Shown piece after piece: positions 19,701 to 28,892 of a stretch of 64,000 nucleotides of DNA. The notes beneath the pieces are model-generated. The model made no database searches. It had not been told where the DNA came from and saw only the letters and a program-made list of their open reading frames with translations. Every line of letters begins with the position of its first letter. Position 1 is the first letter of the stretch. The position numbers and the translations under genes were made by a program. Origin of the DNA: Chloroflexota bacterium (GTDB taxonomy: Bacteria > Chloroflexota > UBA11872); contig CBDHGI010000006.1 in the NCBI GenBank assembly GCA_965263075.1, positions 402,929-466,928 on the forward strand, given 5' to 3'.

Positions 19701-21317
19701 TTAGCTGACTCGAAAATAGTCCGTTCGGACGTACCTGCCGTCCACGCTCAGGGTCACGGCCAGGGTTCCCGACGACTGCGAGCGGCCATCGGTGTTGTTC
19801 AACCTGACTTTCATGAAGCCGCCGAAGCACCAGGCGGCTAGAGACCTGCATTCCACCCTTGGTTCGGTCCGATCAACAGCACCGCCGGGCCAGTTCCACT
19901 GGGTCTCGACAGCCCAACCCGCCGGCCACCATCTGACGATATAGACGACACATGACAGCTCAGGCAGTGGGTCGCCCGGCAGCGACCCCAGCCACATTCC
20001 GGCCTCACGGCTGTCTGACGTGCAGTCGGAGTCCCGCAAGATTCCGGCTCCTTCAATCAAGGTTCCCGGAGGTGGCGGGGGATCGAGCGCCGGCGGCGGC
20101 GGGGGAGGCCGGGGTGGAATTGGCTCTCCGACCGGGGGAGGCGGCAGATTTCCGGCGCGGTGGCGCGTGATCCAGTCATCCACCTTTCGACGAACCGTGT
20201 CGCCGTCGAACAGGAAATTCGCGTTTTCAACTCCGCGTACTGCACCGCCGCCGAGCTTGGCGAATGCGACGCCAATCACTCCACCGCGGCTGTCCATGGC
20301 CGGTCCGCCACTGTTGCCCGGGTTCGCGGTGGCATCGGTCTGTAGCAGGTCGTCGTGACGAGCCGAGAAGATTCCGCGAGTGACGGTGAGCGTTTCCAGA
20401 CAAAGCGGGTAGCCGAGTACTACCAGGTCCGTCCCCAGCACCAGGTCCGACGAGTACCCAAAGGCGAGGAACGGGTGTGGCCCCTCACTTGGCAGCTTGA
20501 GCAGGGCGATATCGAGGTCGGAATCATCCGCCACGACCGTGGCCCGTTCCTCCGCACCTTCGTGGGTGCCTACATCTACTTGCCGCTCGCCGTTGAGAAC
20601 GTGGCTGTTGGTGACGAGGTAGCCGTCCGCCGTTACAACGAAGCCGCTGCCGCAGCCGTCCGGGGTGCGGAGGTAGCGAACCGCAGCCTGGGTTTGCTGT
20701 ACCAGTTGGTCGACTGGAAGCGGCGGGCCGCTGACGCTGACCGTTTGGATATCGAAGGCCCAGGCGAATACCTCGCGCACGTCAGTGCGGTGATCATCTC
20801 GGCACGTGGCTTCCGCGTCTTCGCCCAAGACGCGCTGGTAGATGCCGACGTTGTGCCCGTTTCCCACGTGACGCTCCACCAGGTTGTTGAGTTCCAGGCA
20901 CGTCGTCGGCCAGGCCATAGCCGGTGGTTTCTGGTCCATGATCGACGGGACTTCGTCGGTAGCCGGCGGGTCTACGTCGGCTGAGGGCTGCTCTTCGTCC
21001 GAGCGCGGTTGGTCGCCGTCTGCGGGCAGGCCGTCCGAGTCGGAGGCCGGGGATTCGGCGTCCATAGGCGGCATGGGATCGTGGAGCGCCCAGGCGAAGG
21101 TCTGACGAATGTCGTTGCGGTGGTCGCGTTGGCAGGCCGATTCGGCCTCGTCGCCAAAGACCCGCTGGTAAACGCCGACGTTCCAGACAAAGTCCAGTTG
21201 GCCTTCAACGATGTCGTTGAGTTCCACACAGACCGTTGGCCACTGGGCCAGCGCCGGCGGAACTAGCACCAGCGACGCAACCAAGGCGACGACCGCCGCC
21301 CGAAAGTTTCGGATCAA
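19701..21317 (-). CDS. Secreted trypsin-like serine protease (S1 family) with two tandem ~50-aa Cys-containing N-terminal modules, a poly-Pro linker and a Cys-rich C-terminal domain of unknown type
   Basis: Signal peptide (LVLVPPALAQ). Duplicated WPT(V/T)C(V/L)ELN...V(Y/I)QRV(F/L)G(D/E)(E/D)AE(S/A)(A/T)C(Q/R)(R/D)DHR(N/T)D(I/V)R(Q/E)(T/V)FAWA modules. Catalytic triad blocks TNSHVL / DLDIALLKL / GNSGGP. P-rich PPPPVGEPIPPRPPPPPPALDPPPPP linker. Confidence 0.8.
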   Translation of the reverse strand: MIRNFRAAVVALVASLVLVPPALAQWPTVCVELNDIVEGQLDFVWNVGVYQRVFGDEAESACQRDHRNDIRQTFAWALHDPMPPMDAESPASDSDGLPADGDQPRSDEEQPSADVDPPATDEVPSIMDQKPPAMAWPTTCLELNNLVERHVGNGHNVGIYQRVLGEDAEATCRDDHRTDVREVFAWAFDIQTVSVSGPPLPVDQLVQQTQAAVRYLRTPDGCGSGFVVTADGYLVTNSHVLNGERQVDVGTHEGAEERATVVADDSDLDIALLKLPSEGPHPFLAFGYSSDLVLGTDLVVLGYPLCLETLTVTRGIFSARHDDLLQTDATANPGNSGGPAMDSRGGVIGVAFAKLGGGAVRGVENANFLFDGDTVRRKVDDWITRHRAGNLPPPPVGEPIPPRPPPPPPALDPPPPPGTLIEGAGILRDSDCTSDSREAGMWLGSLPGDPLPELSCVVYIVRWWPAGWAVETQWNWPGGAVDRTEPRVECRSLAAWCFGGFMKVRLNNTDGRSQSSGTLAVTLSVDGRYVRTDYFRVS

Positions 21318-21432
21318 GGCCCAAGTTCTCTAGGGTCGCCGCAGTGGAGACCAACAGGCGTTAGCGGCAGCGTAGCAACCGCAGTTTGGCGACCGGATCA
21401 GCTCGGGCCAGCCTTGTGCCAGACTCGCGAAG

Positions 21433-21506
21433 GCCCCCGTAGCTCAGAGGATCAGAGCGACGGCCTTCTAAGCCGTGGGTCGCAGGTTCGAGTCCTGCCG
21501 GGGGCG
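21433..21506 (+). tRNA. tRNA-Arg (anticodon TCT)
   Basis: Cloverleaf folded by hand: acceptor GCCCCCG/CGGGGGC, D-arm GCTC..GAGC, anticodon stem ACGGC/GCCGT with loop CTTCTAA (U33, anticodon TCT), T-arm GCAGG TTCGAGT CCTGC, discriminator G. CCA is not encoded. Confidence 0.85.
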
Positions 21507-21759
21507 CCGCCAAACAGGTGCGCCGGGCGTCCTGAACCTGGAAACCAGCACCCGGACGGAAGCCGCAGACCGTGCCATTGCTCCTGGAAGGGGACACCGG
21601 CCAGCAAACTGGCCCAAACGCGGTTAGGCCGAGTCGCAGTCGTAGAGGGTGTCCAAGAGGCAACGGACAAAGTGCGGGTGGACACTCTCGCCGCCGACGA
21701 CGTCAAGGTCAGCGTCGGTCAGCCCTGGCTCCGCCATCTTCGTCACGTTGCCAGCCGCA

Positions 21760-22866
21760 TTACGCGATGACTTGGGGGGAGCGTCCGCTCTCGTAGTCGG
21801 TCAAAACCTCCCGGCCATCGTCGGTTACCAGAACCAGGTCCTCGATGTGGTATCCGGCGACGCCTGGGTCGAGGTAGGCCGGCTCAATGCACAGCACCAT
21901 GCCTGGCTGCAGCAGTTCATCCGTGGTGGGTTTGAGCATGGGGTGTTCGTGGAGGCCAAGGCCAAGCCCATGGCCGAGATGGGCCATTTGGAACGGGAGG
22001 CCGACCTTTTGATAGGCCGCCTCACAGATGGCATACAGATCGCCCGCCCGCAGGCCCGGCCGGACCGCCTCGAGCGTCTCGACGTGTGCCTGGAACAGCC
22101 GGTCGTAGATGTCGCGCTGGCGCGGGCTTGGACTGCCGACGAAGGCCGTTCTTGCCAAGTCTGACCAGTAGCCTGTGAAGTTGCCTGCGACGTCGGTGTG
22201 CAGCACGTGGCCCGCTTCCAGGCGCGTCGCACCGGGACGGGCGTGCCATTCAAATGACCGCGTCCCCGTGCCCAGGAACATGAAGTTGAGGACGTCGGCC
22301 CCGGCCGAGGTCACGCCGGCGGTGATTTCATCGGCAACCTTCTTTTCCGAGTCACCAATCGTTGCCCGCTCGAAGGCACCGCGAATCGCCAGGTCGGTCG
22401 CCCGGCCAGCTTGCGCGAGAGCATCTATCTCATCCGCAGTCTTGATCATCCTGGCCCGATCCATCAGATCGCCGCAGTCGACCAACGTGGCGCCCGGCAG
22501 CCGTTTCCGCAGCCGGTCTACGTATGCGGACGGCAGCGAGTGTTTCTCTAGGCCGAGTCGGCCTCTGGCGAGGCCCTTTTCAGCCACGATGTCGGCCAGG
22601 AGATCGACCGGGGAGGTGACGAACTCCGTGTAGGAGCGCATGTCCTCGATCCAACAGTCCGGCCGGCAAGCGACATCCTCGCCCCTACAGAGGACGATTG
22701 CCGGATCTCCCTGTCCCGGCCACAGGAGCAGGGCCAACCGGTCGGGGATGAGGCGCTGCATGACCATCCGAGCGCCCGAGAGATAGGAGACATTCTCCAG
22801 TGAGCTGGCGACTAAGGCGTCCAGTCCAGACTCCGCGAGAAGGTCTTCGAAGCGTTCGACGTTCAT
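21760..22866 (-). CDS. M24 family metallopeptidase (Xaa-Pro aminopeptidase/creatinase-like)
   Basis: 368 aa. HLGHGLGLGLHE metal-ligand block and a creatinase-like N-terminal domain. Confidence 0.8.
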   Translation of the reverse strand: MNVERFEDLLAESGLDALVASSLENVSYLSGARMVMQRLIPDRLALLLWPGQGDPAIVLCRGEDVACRPDCWIEDMRSYTEFVTSPVDLLADIVAEKGLARGRLGLEKHSLPSAYVDRLRKRLPGATLVDCGDLMDRARMIKTADEIDALAQAGRATDLAIRGAFERATIGDSEKKVADEITAGVTSAGADVLNFMFLGTGTRSFEWHARPGATRLEAGHVLHTDVAGNFTGYWSDLARTAFVGSPSPRQRDIYDRLFQAHVETLEAVRPGLRAGDLYAICEAAYQKVGLPFQMAHLGHGLGLGLHEHPMLKPTTDELLQPGMVLCIEPAYLDPGVAGYHIEDLVLVTDDGREVLTDYESGRSPQVIA

Positions 22867-22921
22867 GGCACGTCGCTCCTTAAAAGAGTTTGGTCAGCCT
22901 AGCCCGGCGGCGATTGCCACC

Positions 22922-23527
22922 TTAGCGCTGGACTTGGCCAGCGCTGGGTTGCGCGTCGCGTTGACCTACGAAGCTGTCGGCGCACGGCGTCCAATCGCGG
23001 CGAAAGATGCCGTAGTAGACCAGATCCACATGGTCTTGTCTCATCTTCCAATGGCCTCGCAGGACGCCCTCGCGAGTCATTCCCAGCTTCTCCATGACGC
23101 GCCACGACCGTCTGTTGCACACATGCGCTCGGGCGTAGACCTTGTGCAGGTTGAACCGTCCGAAACCCCAATCGACAACCGCGCGAGCTGCCTCGGTAGC
23201 GATTCCCTGTCCCCACCAGCGTATGCCCAGGAGATAGCCCAACTCTGCAGTCTCGTGCTCTGGATTTACGTGCAGGCTGATGCCGCCGATTACCCGCTGT
23301 CCAAGGGCAATGGCGAATGACGGATTCGTGGTCCAATCGGTGCGTATCTGGCTGTTTACGAATTCCAGCGCGTCGTTGCGGGTGTAGGGGTCGGGCAAAG
23401 GCCGAAACCGTGCGACCTCCGGATCCGCCGCGTAAGCCCACGCATCGTCGACATCCGAGATGTCGAACGGTCGCAGCAGCAGGCGCTTGGTTCGCAACAC
23501 GGCTCGCTCGTTCGGACTTTGGCGCAT
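22922..23527 (-). CDS. GNAT family N-acetyltransferase (RimJ/RimL-like)
   Basis: LLLRPFDISDVDDAWAYAADPEVARF ... RWWGQGIATEAARAV acetyl-CoA-binding block. The likely ATG start at 23527 (MRQSPNER) gives 201 aa. The ORF track extends to 23875 with a non-homologous Arg-rich extension. Confidence 0.7.
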   Translation of the reverse strand: MRQSPNERAVLRTKRLLLRPFDISDVDDAWAYAADPEVARFRPLPDPYTRNDALEFVNSQIRTDWTTNPSFAIALGQRVIGGISLHVNPEHETAELGYLLGIRWWGQGIATEAARAVVDWGFGRFNLHKVYARAHVCNRRSWRVMEKLGMTREGVLRGHWKMRQDHVDLVYYGIFRRDWTPCADSFVGQRDAQPSAGQVQR

Positions 23528-23959
23528 CTGTTCGCTTTCGTGTACAGGGCCAGCCTCGGGAGGAATCGAACTCGCAGCTAGCGAGGGCTTTGTGCCCGAT
23601 ATGATCCCAGACTGATTCTGCACTCTGCCCAGGGCACGTCGAGGTCGACGTGCCCTGGCCCAGCACGGTGGCCAGCCGCCACGGTCGGACACCGTATCGC
23701 ATCGAAAGAATCTACGCGTCGCCGGTGTTGACAGATCCCGCTGCGTGGATCTTGTTGATCCGTGGGGCGATTCCCGAAGTCCGCGGGAGCGGCGTTGAGC
23801 AGCGCGGATGGCCTGGGTCGCAGGGTCCAGATGGCCTAGTCGTGGTTCGACGGGTTCACCCGAACGGGAGCGCACGGTTCACCGCATGCGGGGGCGGGTA
23901 CCCGTGCGGCGGGGCGGCGTGCGAGACTCCCGCCAGTTAGCGCGGGTAGGACGGCTGCC

Positions 23960-25210
23960 ATGAAGATCGTTTCGGTTGAGCGGATTCCGGTCGATGCCGG
24001 GCACACCGAGCGCCCCGGTCGGCATATGCGCCGCAAGTGCGCGGACTGGTCGATCATTGAGGTGTGCAAGGTCACGACCGACACGGGTCTGGTTGGCTGG
24101 GGTGAGACCGTCCCGCACTACACCTGGGGTCGGGTCTCGGACGAGGCCGCCGAGCGGGCAATTGGACGCAATCCAGCGGAGTTGATGTGGGACGACAGCC
24201 TGGGCGCGGGGTTGCAGCAGGCGCTGTTCGACCTGACCGGAAAGGCGCTGGGCGTGCCGGCATACCGTCTGATCGGCCACAAGGTACGCGACTGGTGCCC
24301 GATTGCCTGGTGGTGCTGGGATATGCCGCCGGACGAGTGGGTTGGTGAGACGCAGGACGCGGTCGCGGACGGCTATGTCAGCTTCAAGCTGAAAGCACGG
24401 CCCTGGCATGACGTGCGGGCGGCGACGCAGGCGATCAGCGACGCGACGCCGGACCATTGTGTGTTCGACCTGGACTTCAACAGCTTGCTGGTGTCGGCGG
24501 GTCAGGCTCAGCACGTCTTGGCGGACCTGGAGGCGTTTCCGAAGGTGCATTTCTTCGAGACGCCGATTCCGCAGCACGACGTGGCAGGGAACCGCTCGCT
24601 GCGCGCGAAGCTGCGCCGGCCGGTGGCCATGCACTTTGATAATCCGCCGTTTCTGACGGCGGTGCAGGAAGACGTGTGCGACGGCTGGGTACTGAACCAA
24701 GGCGCGGCGCGCAATGTGCATCAGGCGGCGCTGGCGGACGAGGCGAACATGCCGCTGTGGCTGCAGTTGGTGGGCACGGGCATCACGACGGCATTTACCG
24801 CGCACCTTGGCGCCGTGCTGCGCGCGGCTCAGTGGCCTGCGATTACGTGTCTGAACACGTACCGCGACGACCTGATTTGCGAGCCGATGGAGATTCGCCG
24901 TGGCCACATGCAGGTTCCGGAAGCGCCGGGCCTGGGGATTGAGGTGGATGAGGACGCGCTGGAACGGCTGCGGCGACCGGACGTCTCACAGCCTGAACTT
25001 CCGCGCATGATTCACACGGTCAGATGGCCGGATGGCTCCTCGGTTTCGTATGCGGAACACGACGACATGGAAGCCGACTTTCTTGCAGGCAGCCGGCCGG
25101 CATTCGAACGGGGCGTGTCCCTGAACACCGATGAGGACGACGGAAGCGCAGCGTTCGACCAGGGGTGGCGGGACGTTAGTAATGCTGGGGTGCAGACGGC
25201 GTATGCCTAG
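23960..25210 (+). CDS. Enolase superfamily protein (mandelate racemase/muconate lactonizing enzyme family)
   Basis: N-terminal capping-domain GLVGWGET, the KxK motif (SFKLKARPW), and metal-ligand blocks FDLDFN / FFETPIP / MHFDN in canonical order. Confidence 0.7.
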   Translation: MKIVSVERIPVDAGHTERPGRHMRRKCADWSIIEVCKVTTDTGLVGWGETVPHYTWGRVSDEAAERAIGRNPAELMWDDSLGAGLQQALFDLTGKALGVPAYRLIGHKVRDWCPIAWWCWDMPPDEWVGETQDAVADGYVSFKLKARPWHDVRAATQAISDATPDHCVFDLDFNSLLVSAGQAQHVLADLEAFPKVHFFETPIPQHDVAGNRSLRAKLRRPVAMHFDNPPFLTAVQEDVCDGWVLNQGAARNVHQAALADEANMPLWLQLVGTGITTAFTAHLGAVLRAAQWPAITCLNTYRDDLICEPMEIRRGHMQVPEAPGLGIEVDEDALERLRRPDVSQPELPRMIHTVRWPDGSSVSYAEHDDMEADFLAGSRPAFERGVSLNTDEDDGSAAFDQGWRDVSNAGVQTAYA

Positions 25211-25673
25211 GCCAAGGATTACATAACGACTACAAGGGACGAAAACCCTCGGCGAGAGTCGACCAAGGGGGGACGACGAGGCCCCACGCCCCCTAGCAGC
25301 AGCCCAGCCCAACTGCCGTTGCCCATGAGCGAACTTTACATAACGTATTACTTGGACAGACTGTCGGACGGTACCACCCGCGCTACGTAGCCGAACACTC
25401 CTTCAACTCACCGGCGAGGCGGTAGCGCTGCAATCAGGTGGTTGACTCCGTCGACGACCCCAGGGGCAACCCAGAACCAGGCTTTGGATTCCCGCGCGAG
25501 AATTACAGTCTCAGAGACAAGAGTTGGGGTAACACGACGAATACGCCCGATTGGCCGGGTGCGCAGGCCTCAGCCCTGCCGGTCATTCGCCGACACGCCC
25601 AGCGTCGCGAACACTCGTTCCCGCGACGGGACATTGCTACGGGGGACATTGGCCCACGGCACTTGGCGAAACA

Positions 25674-25705
25674 TTAGTAGAACTAATACACATTAGTTCT
25701 ACTAA
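25674..25705. promoter_or_regulatory. Perfect AT-rich inverted repeat TTAGTAGAACTAAT-acac-ATTAGTTCTACTAA (14-bp arms, 4-bp spacer). Candidate protein-binding site, recombination site or operator, in a 1-kb non-coding tract upstream of a tyrosine recombinase gene.
   Basis: Read directly at 25674-25687 and 25692-25705. The surrounding region is GC-rich, so a 32-bp AT-rich perfect palindrome stands out. Confidence 0.5.
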
Positions 25706-26209
25706 TACGATTTGGCTGTGCCGACGGGAGGCGGTGGACAGGATTGAACGCGGGGCGACTTGGCGGGCAGCCTGGAACCGGGCGCTGTTCGAGGGGGGTG
25801 GCCGATGTCCTGGCGATGGCGGACGGTTGGGCAGGTTGCCCGCCACCCGCACCGTTGAGCTGGTGCAGGCGTTGGGCCGATTGGCGGACACGCAGGTGAC
25901 GGCTGTCTGTCGGGAGGTCCGTCAGTTGCCGTAACCGACGCTGGCTGTCGGGCAGGTTGGCTGGCGCGCTCGGACGACTGACGAGGACATCCACCAGCGC
26001 ATTTGGCTGGCTCGACGAGTGGCCTTGGACAATAAGGACTGTGGCGGATGGAGGCGGTCGAGCCGGCGGCTGGACAACGTCGCGATGTGTCGGGGGATGG
26101 TACGGGCTCGAAAAAACTGGTGACAACTGTGGCTCTGGGCGCTAGATTCAGAGTTCCCACAGTGCCGTGGGAGTGTCAACGGTGTACTTGTGATGCCAAG
26201 CTGCGATTT

Positions 26210-27217
26210 ATGAGCCTAACCCTACAGGCCGCGACCGCGGACTTTCTGGCGGCCATGCGCGCCAAATCGCCGAGCACTCGCGCGACGTACGGTACGGGGC
26301 TGCGGCGTTTCGTGGCTTGGCGCGGGCCCGAGACGACACTGGCCGAGCTGGACGACGGACTCCTGGAGCGCTTTTACCTGGACTTGGTCGACGAGTTCGG
26401 ACGTGAGCGTCAGGCCACGATTTCGACCTACCTGGCGGCGGTTCGGGCCTTTCTGCGGCACTGCCTGCGTTCCGGCTCGCTGGGTGGGCTGGAGCTAGAG
26501 CGGGCCGTGGAGCGCCTGCGCGCCGTACGCGACAAGCCGGGCTACCGCACGCCGCGCGTCGAGAACGGCTTGGCGCTGATAGTTGATTATGTCAAGAACG
26601 AGTTGCCGAGTCTTGTCGCGGATTCGGCTTCGGCGGATGTCCGCCTGCGCGTGTACAGGGATCGGGCCTTGTTGCTGCTGCTGTTCACAACCGGCATGCG
26701 ACGGCGCGAGGTGGCACGGCTCGATCGGCGAGACGTTGACGACGGTCGAGCCCGACAGGCGCTGATTACCGGCAAAGGCGACCGGGAGCGGGTGGTGTTC
26801 TTTGACGACGACGCGCGCGAGGCAATTCGCGGTTACCTGGACGCGCGGCACGACGCGTACGCGCCGCTGTTCATCCGCCACCACGGCAAGCCGAAGAACC
26901 CGGGGCGGGCGGGCGAGCGCTTGCGTCTGTCGCCGCAGTCGATATGGAAGATCGTAAAGACATACGGGGCGGCCGTGGGCGTGCCGGCGACGACGCATGA
27001 CTTTCGGCATCTGAAGGCCACGTCCCTATTGAATCGCGGGGCGAACCTGTCGGAGGTTCAGGACATCCTGGGACACGCCTCGCCGGATACGACCAAGCGC
27101 ATCTACGCGCATTACGAGACCGCCAGATTGCGCGAGGCGTTTGACCGCTACAGCCCGACAGTGGAAGAGGCCGCGGCGGCGGCGCGGCAGACGCGGACGC
27201 CGGCGGGGTCACGGTAG
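26210..27217 (+). CDS. Tyrosine-type site-specific recombinase/integrase (XerC/XerD-phage integrase family)
   Basis: C-terminal catalytic blocks HDFRHLKAT ... LGHASPDTTKRIYAHY (R-H-R-Y signature) and an N-terminal SAM-like core-binding domain. The likely start is the ATG at 26210 (MSLTLQAATADFLAAMR). The ORF track extends to 26048. Confidence 0.85.
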   Translation: MSLTLQAATADFLAAMRAKSPSTRATYGTGLRRFVAWRGPETTLAELDDGLLERFYLDLVDEFGRERQATISTYLAAVRAFLRHCLRSGSLGGLELERAVERLRAVRDKPGYRTPRVENGLALIVDYVKNELPSLVADSASADVRLRVYRDRALLLLLFTTGMRRREVARLDRRDVDDGRARQALITGKGDRERVVFFDDDAREAIRGYLDARHDAYAPLFIRHHGKPKNPGRAGERLRLSPQSIWKIVKTYGAAVGVPATTHDFRHLKATSLLNRGANLSEVQDILGHASPDTTKRIYAHYETARLREAFDRYSPTVEEAAAAARQTRTPAGSR

Positions 27218-27221
27218 TGCG

Positions 27222-27566
27222 ATGACCGCCGACCACCACCGTCACGTCAGAAGCCTGACAACGAAGGCCTCGGTCCCGCGCAGCACTGTCTGGATGTGCC
27301 GGGTGTGTCACCGGACCAATGGGCGGGGCTGGCAGGTGTGCCGGGCGTGCGGGGCGGCGCCGCCGGGACGGCGCGCGTGGATGCAGGCGCGGCCGGTTCG
27401 TTCGCTGGGGTTACTGCTGACGGCTATCGGCAGCGCGGCGATTGGGGTTGTAGTGCTGAACGGGTGGGGCGAAGTGATCAGCGGACCCTGGGTGCTGCCG
27501 GCAATTGGGGTGTGGGTGCTGGGTTCTATCACCGTTCCATTGGTTGCCTGGATCCGGAGGTCATAG
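27222..27566 (+). CDS. Small zinc-ribbon membrane protein (CxxC...CxxC followed by two TM helices), hypothetical
   Basis: MCRVCHRTNGRGWQVCRACG zinc-ribbon, then hydrophobic segments LGLLLTAIGSAAIGVVVL and VLPAIGVWVLGSITVPLVAWI. Starts 5 nt after the integrase stop. Confidence 0.45.
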   Translation: MTADHHRHVRSLTTKASVPRSTVWMCRVCHRTNGRGWQVCRACGAAPPGRRAWMQARPVRSLGLLLTAIGSAAIGVVVLNGWGEVISGPWVLPAIGVWVLGSITVPLVAWIRRS

Positions 27567-27575
27567 AGAAGCGGC

Positions 27576-28892
27576 TCAGTCGGCGGGGAAGAGTTGGCCG
27601 ATTGAGTTCAGCGCGGCGGCGCGGAGGTTGTCGCCGCTAACCGGATCCCAGGCGGCGGGGTGGCCATACCAGCGGTAGGCGTCGTCGACCTCGTAACCGC
27701 CGGTGGCCATAGCGCGGCGGGTTGGCGTGTAGCCGACGAGACCGTTGCTCCAGCCCGCGACCACAAGCTCAGGCGATGGGGTCTTGGCACGCAGGGTGCG
27801 GCCGTCGGCCGAGAAGAACTCGGACGGGATGGCTACCAGCGCGAGGTCCCCGATCCGCAGCGCCTGGATGTCGACCGTGAGGTGGGGGCCGCTGGGCGGT
27901 TGCCAATTCAGCACCCGATGGGCGAAGTCGACCTGGTGCCACTGGATGCGCAGGCGCTGCGCGGTTCCGCTCGTGGACGCCAAGGCGCGCTGGCCCTCGG
28001 TGAGGATTCGGCGAGCGGCGGACTCGGTGATTGGCGGGGCGTAGTGGAGGTCGGCGGGCGCTGAGGCAGCAGCCGCACGGGCGGTTGCGGAGGGGCGCAT
28101 TTCGGACCGCAAGCCAAGGACGGTCCGACCCAGGGCTACCCCGTGCCGGTGGGCGCTGGCCACGCTGCGATGACCGCTGCTGTCGAAACGTTGATTGACG
28201 TCGCCGCCGGCGCCGTTGACATACATGCAGGGCGCGCCGGTCGCGCCACTGACGGTGCGCCGCATATGGCCAGGGTAGTCGGAGGTGCTGACGCTTTCGC
28301 GGGATCCGGTTGGGTGGCAGCTGTAATTCACCAGGGTGACGATCGGATCCCCGTCGGGGTTTCGAAACTCGGCCGCCACGACAGTGGGGTCCATGTCATC
28401 GATGTGGCCGTCCTCGGGTCCGCCTGGACGGAAGACAGCGGACCGGCGGTTGGCGCCGATGTAGGACTCGCCGCGGGCCAGCCAAAGGTCCGCCGGCGTC
28501 AGAAGTTCCAGCGCCTCGCGGGCCGCGGCGAGTGCCGATTGCTCCACCGAGGCCAGATAGTCAGGGTCAATTTCGCCCATGCCTGGGAGCACGCCTGTTT
28601 CAGGCCCCCCGTGGGTGTGGGTGCAGGTCCACATCTGGCTTGAACCGAGCACGTTGGTGGCTTCGGCTGTTCGCGAGCGGAGACCGGCCAGATGCTCGAG
28701 GGTAAGGCCGATCAGATCGAAGCTGAACAGCAAGACTGTTTGGTCTCCGTCGCTGACGGCGAGCGCGCCGACTTCCAGGGGTTCGAGAGACCCGAGGCTG
28801 GCGCCAAAGCGAAATCCGAAGCCGCTAAGGTCGATGCCGGGAACCGGGGTGATGTCGCGGCATGCGAAGCCGACCCGTAAGCGTCCGCTCAT
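27576..28892 (-). CDS. Neutral/alkaline ceramidase-like hydrolase family protein
   Basis: N-terminal VGFACRDITPVPG ... ALAVSDGDQTVLLFSFDLIGL resembles the neutral ceramidase N-domain. 438 aa. Its start overlaps the hflX stop by 4 nt. Confidence 0.5.
   Translation of the reverse strand: MSGRLRVGFACRDITPVPGIDLSGFGFRFGASLGSLEPLEVGALAVSDGDQTVLLFSFDLIGLTLEHLAGLRSRTAEATNVLGSSQMWTCTHTHGGPETGVLPGMGEIDPDYLASVEQSALAAAREALELLTPADLWLARGESYIGANRRSAVFRPGGPEDGHIDDMDPTVVAAEFRNPDGDPIVTLVNYSCHPTGSRESVSTSDYPGHMRRTVSGATGAPCMYVNGAGGDVNQRFDSSGHRSVASAHRHGVALGRTVLGLRSEMRPSATARAAAASAPADLHYAPPITESAARRILTEGQRALASTSGTAQRLRIQWHQVDFAHRVLNWQPPSGPHLTVDIQALRIGDLALVAIPSEFFSADGRTLRAKTPSPELVVAGWSNGLVGYTPTRRAMATGGYEVDDAYRWYGHPAAWDPVSGDNLRAAALNSIGQLFPAD

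Noticed and set aside
25551-25934. 127-aa ORF upstream of the integrase as an excisionase
   Set aside because: Mostly Arg/Gly/Pro-rich frame without SD or a credible start. Only the last ~30 residues look HTH-like, so it is kept as a remark inside a finding.
26048-26209. N-terminal 54-codon extension of the integrase ORF
   Set aside because: No homology. The integrase core-binding domain begins at the ATG at 26210.
27200-27600. Direct repeat of the tRNA-Arg 3' end (att site) downstream of the integrase
   Set aside because: Not found by visual scan. The element boundary therefore remains unproven and is listed only as a low-confidence finding.
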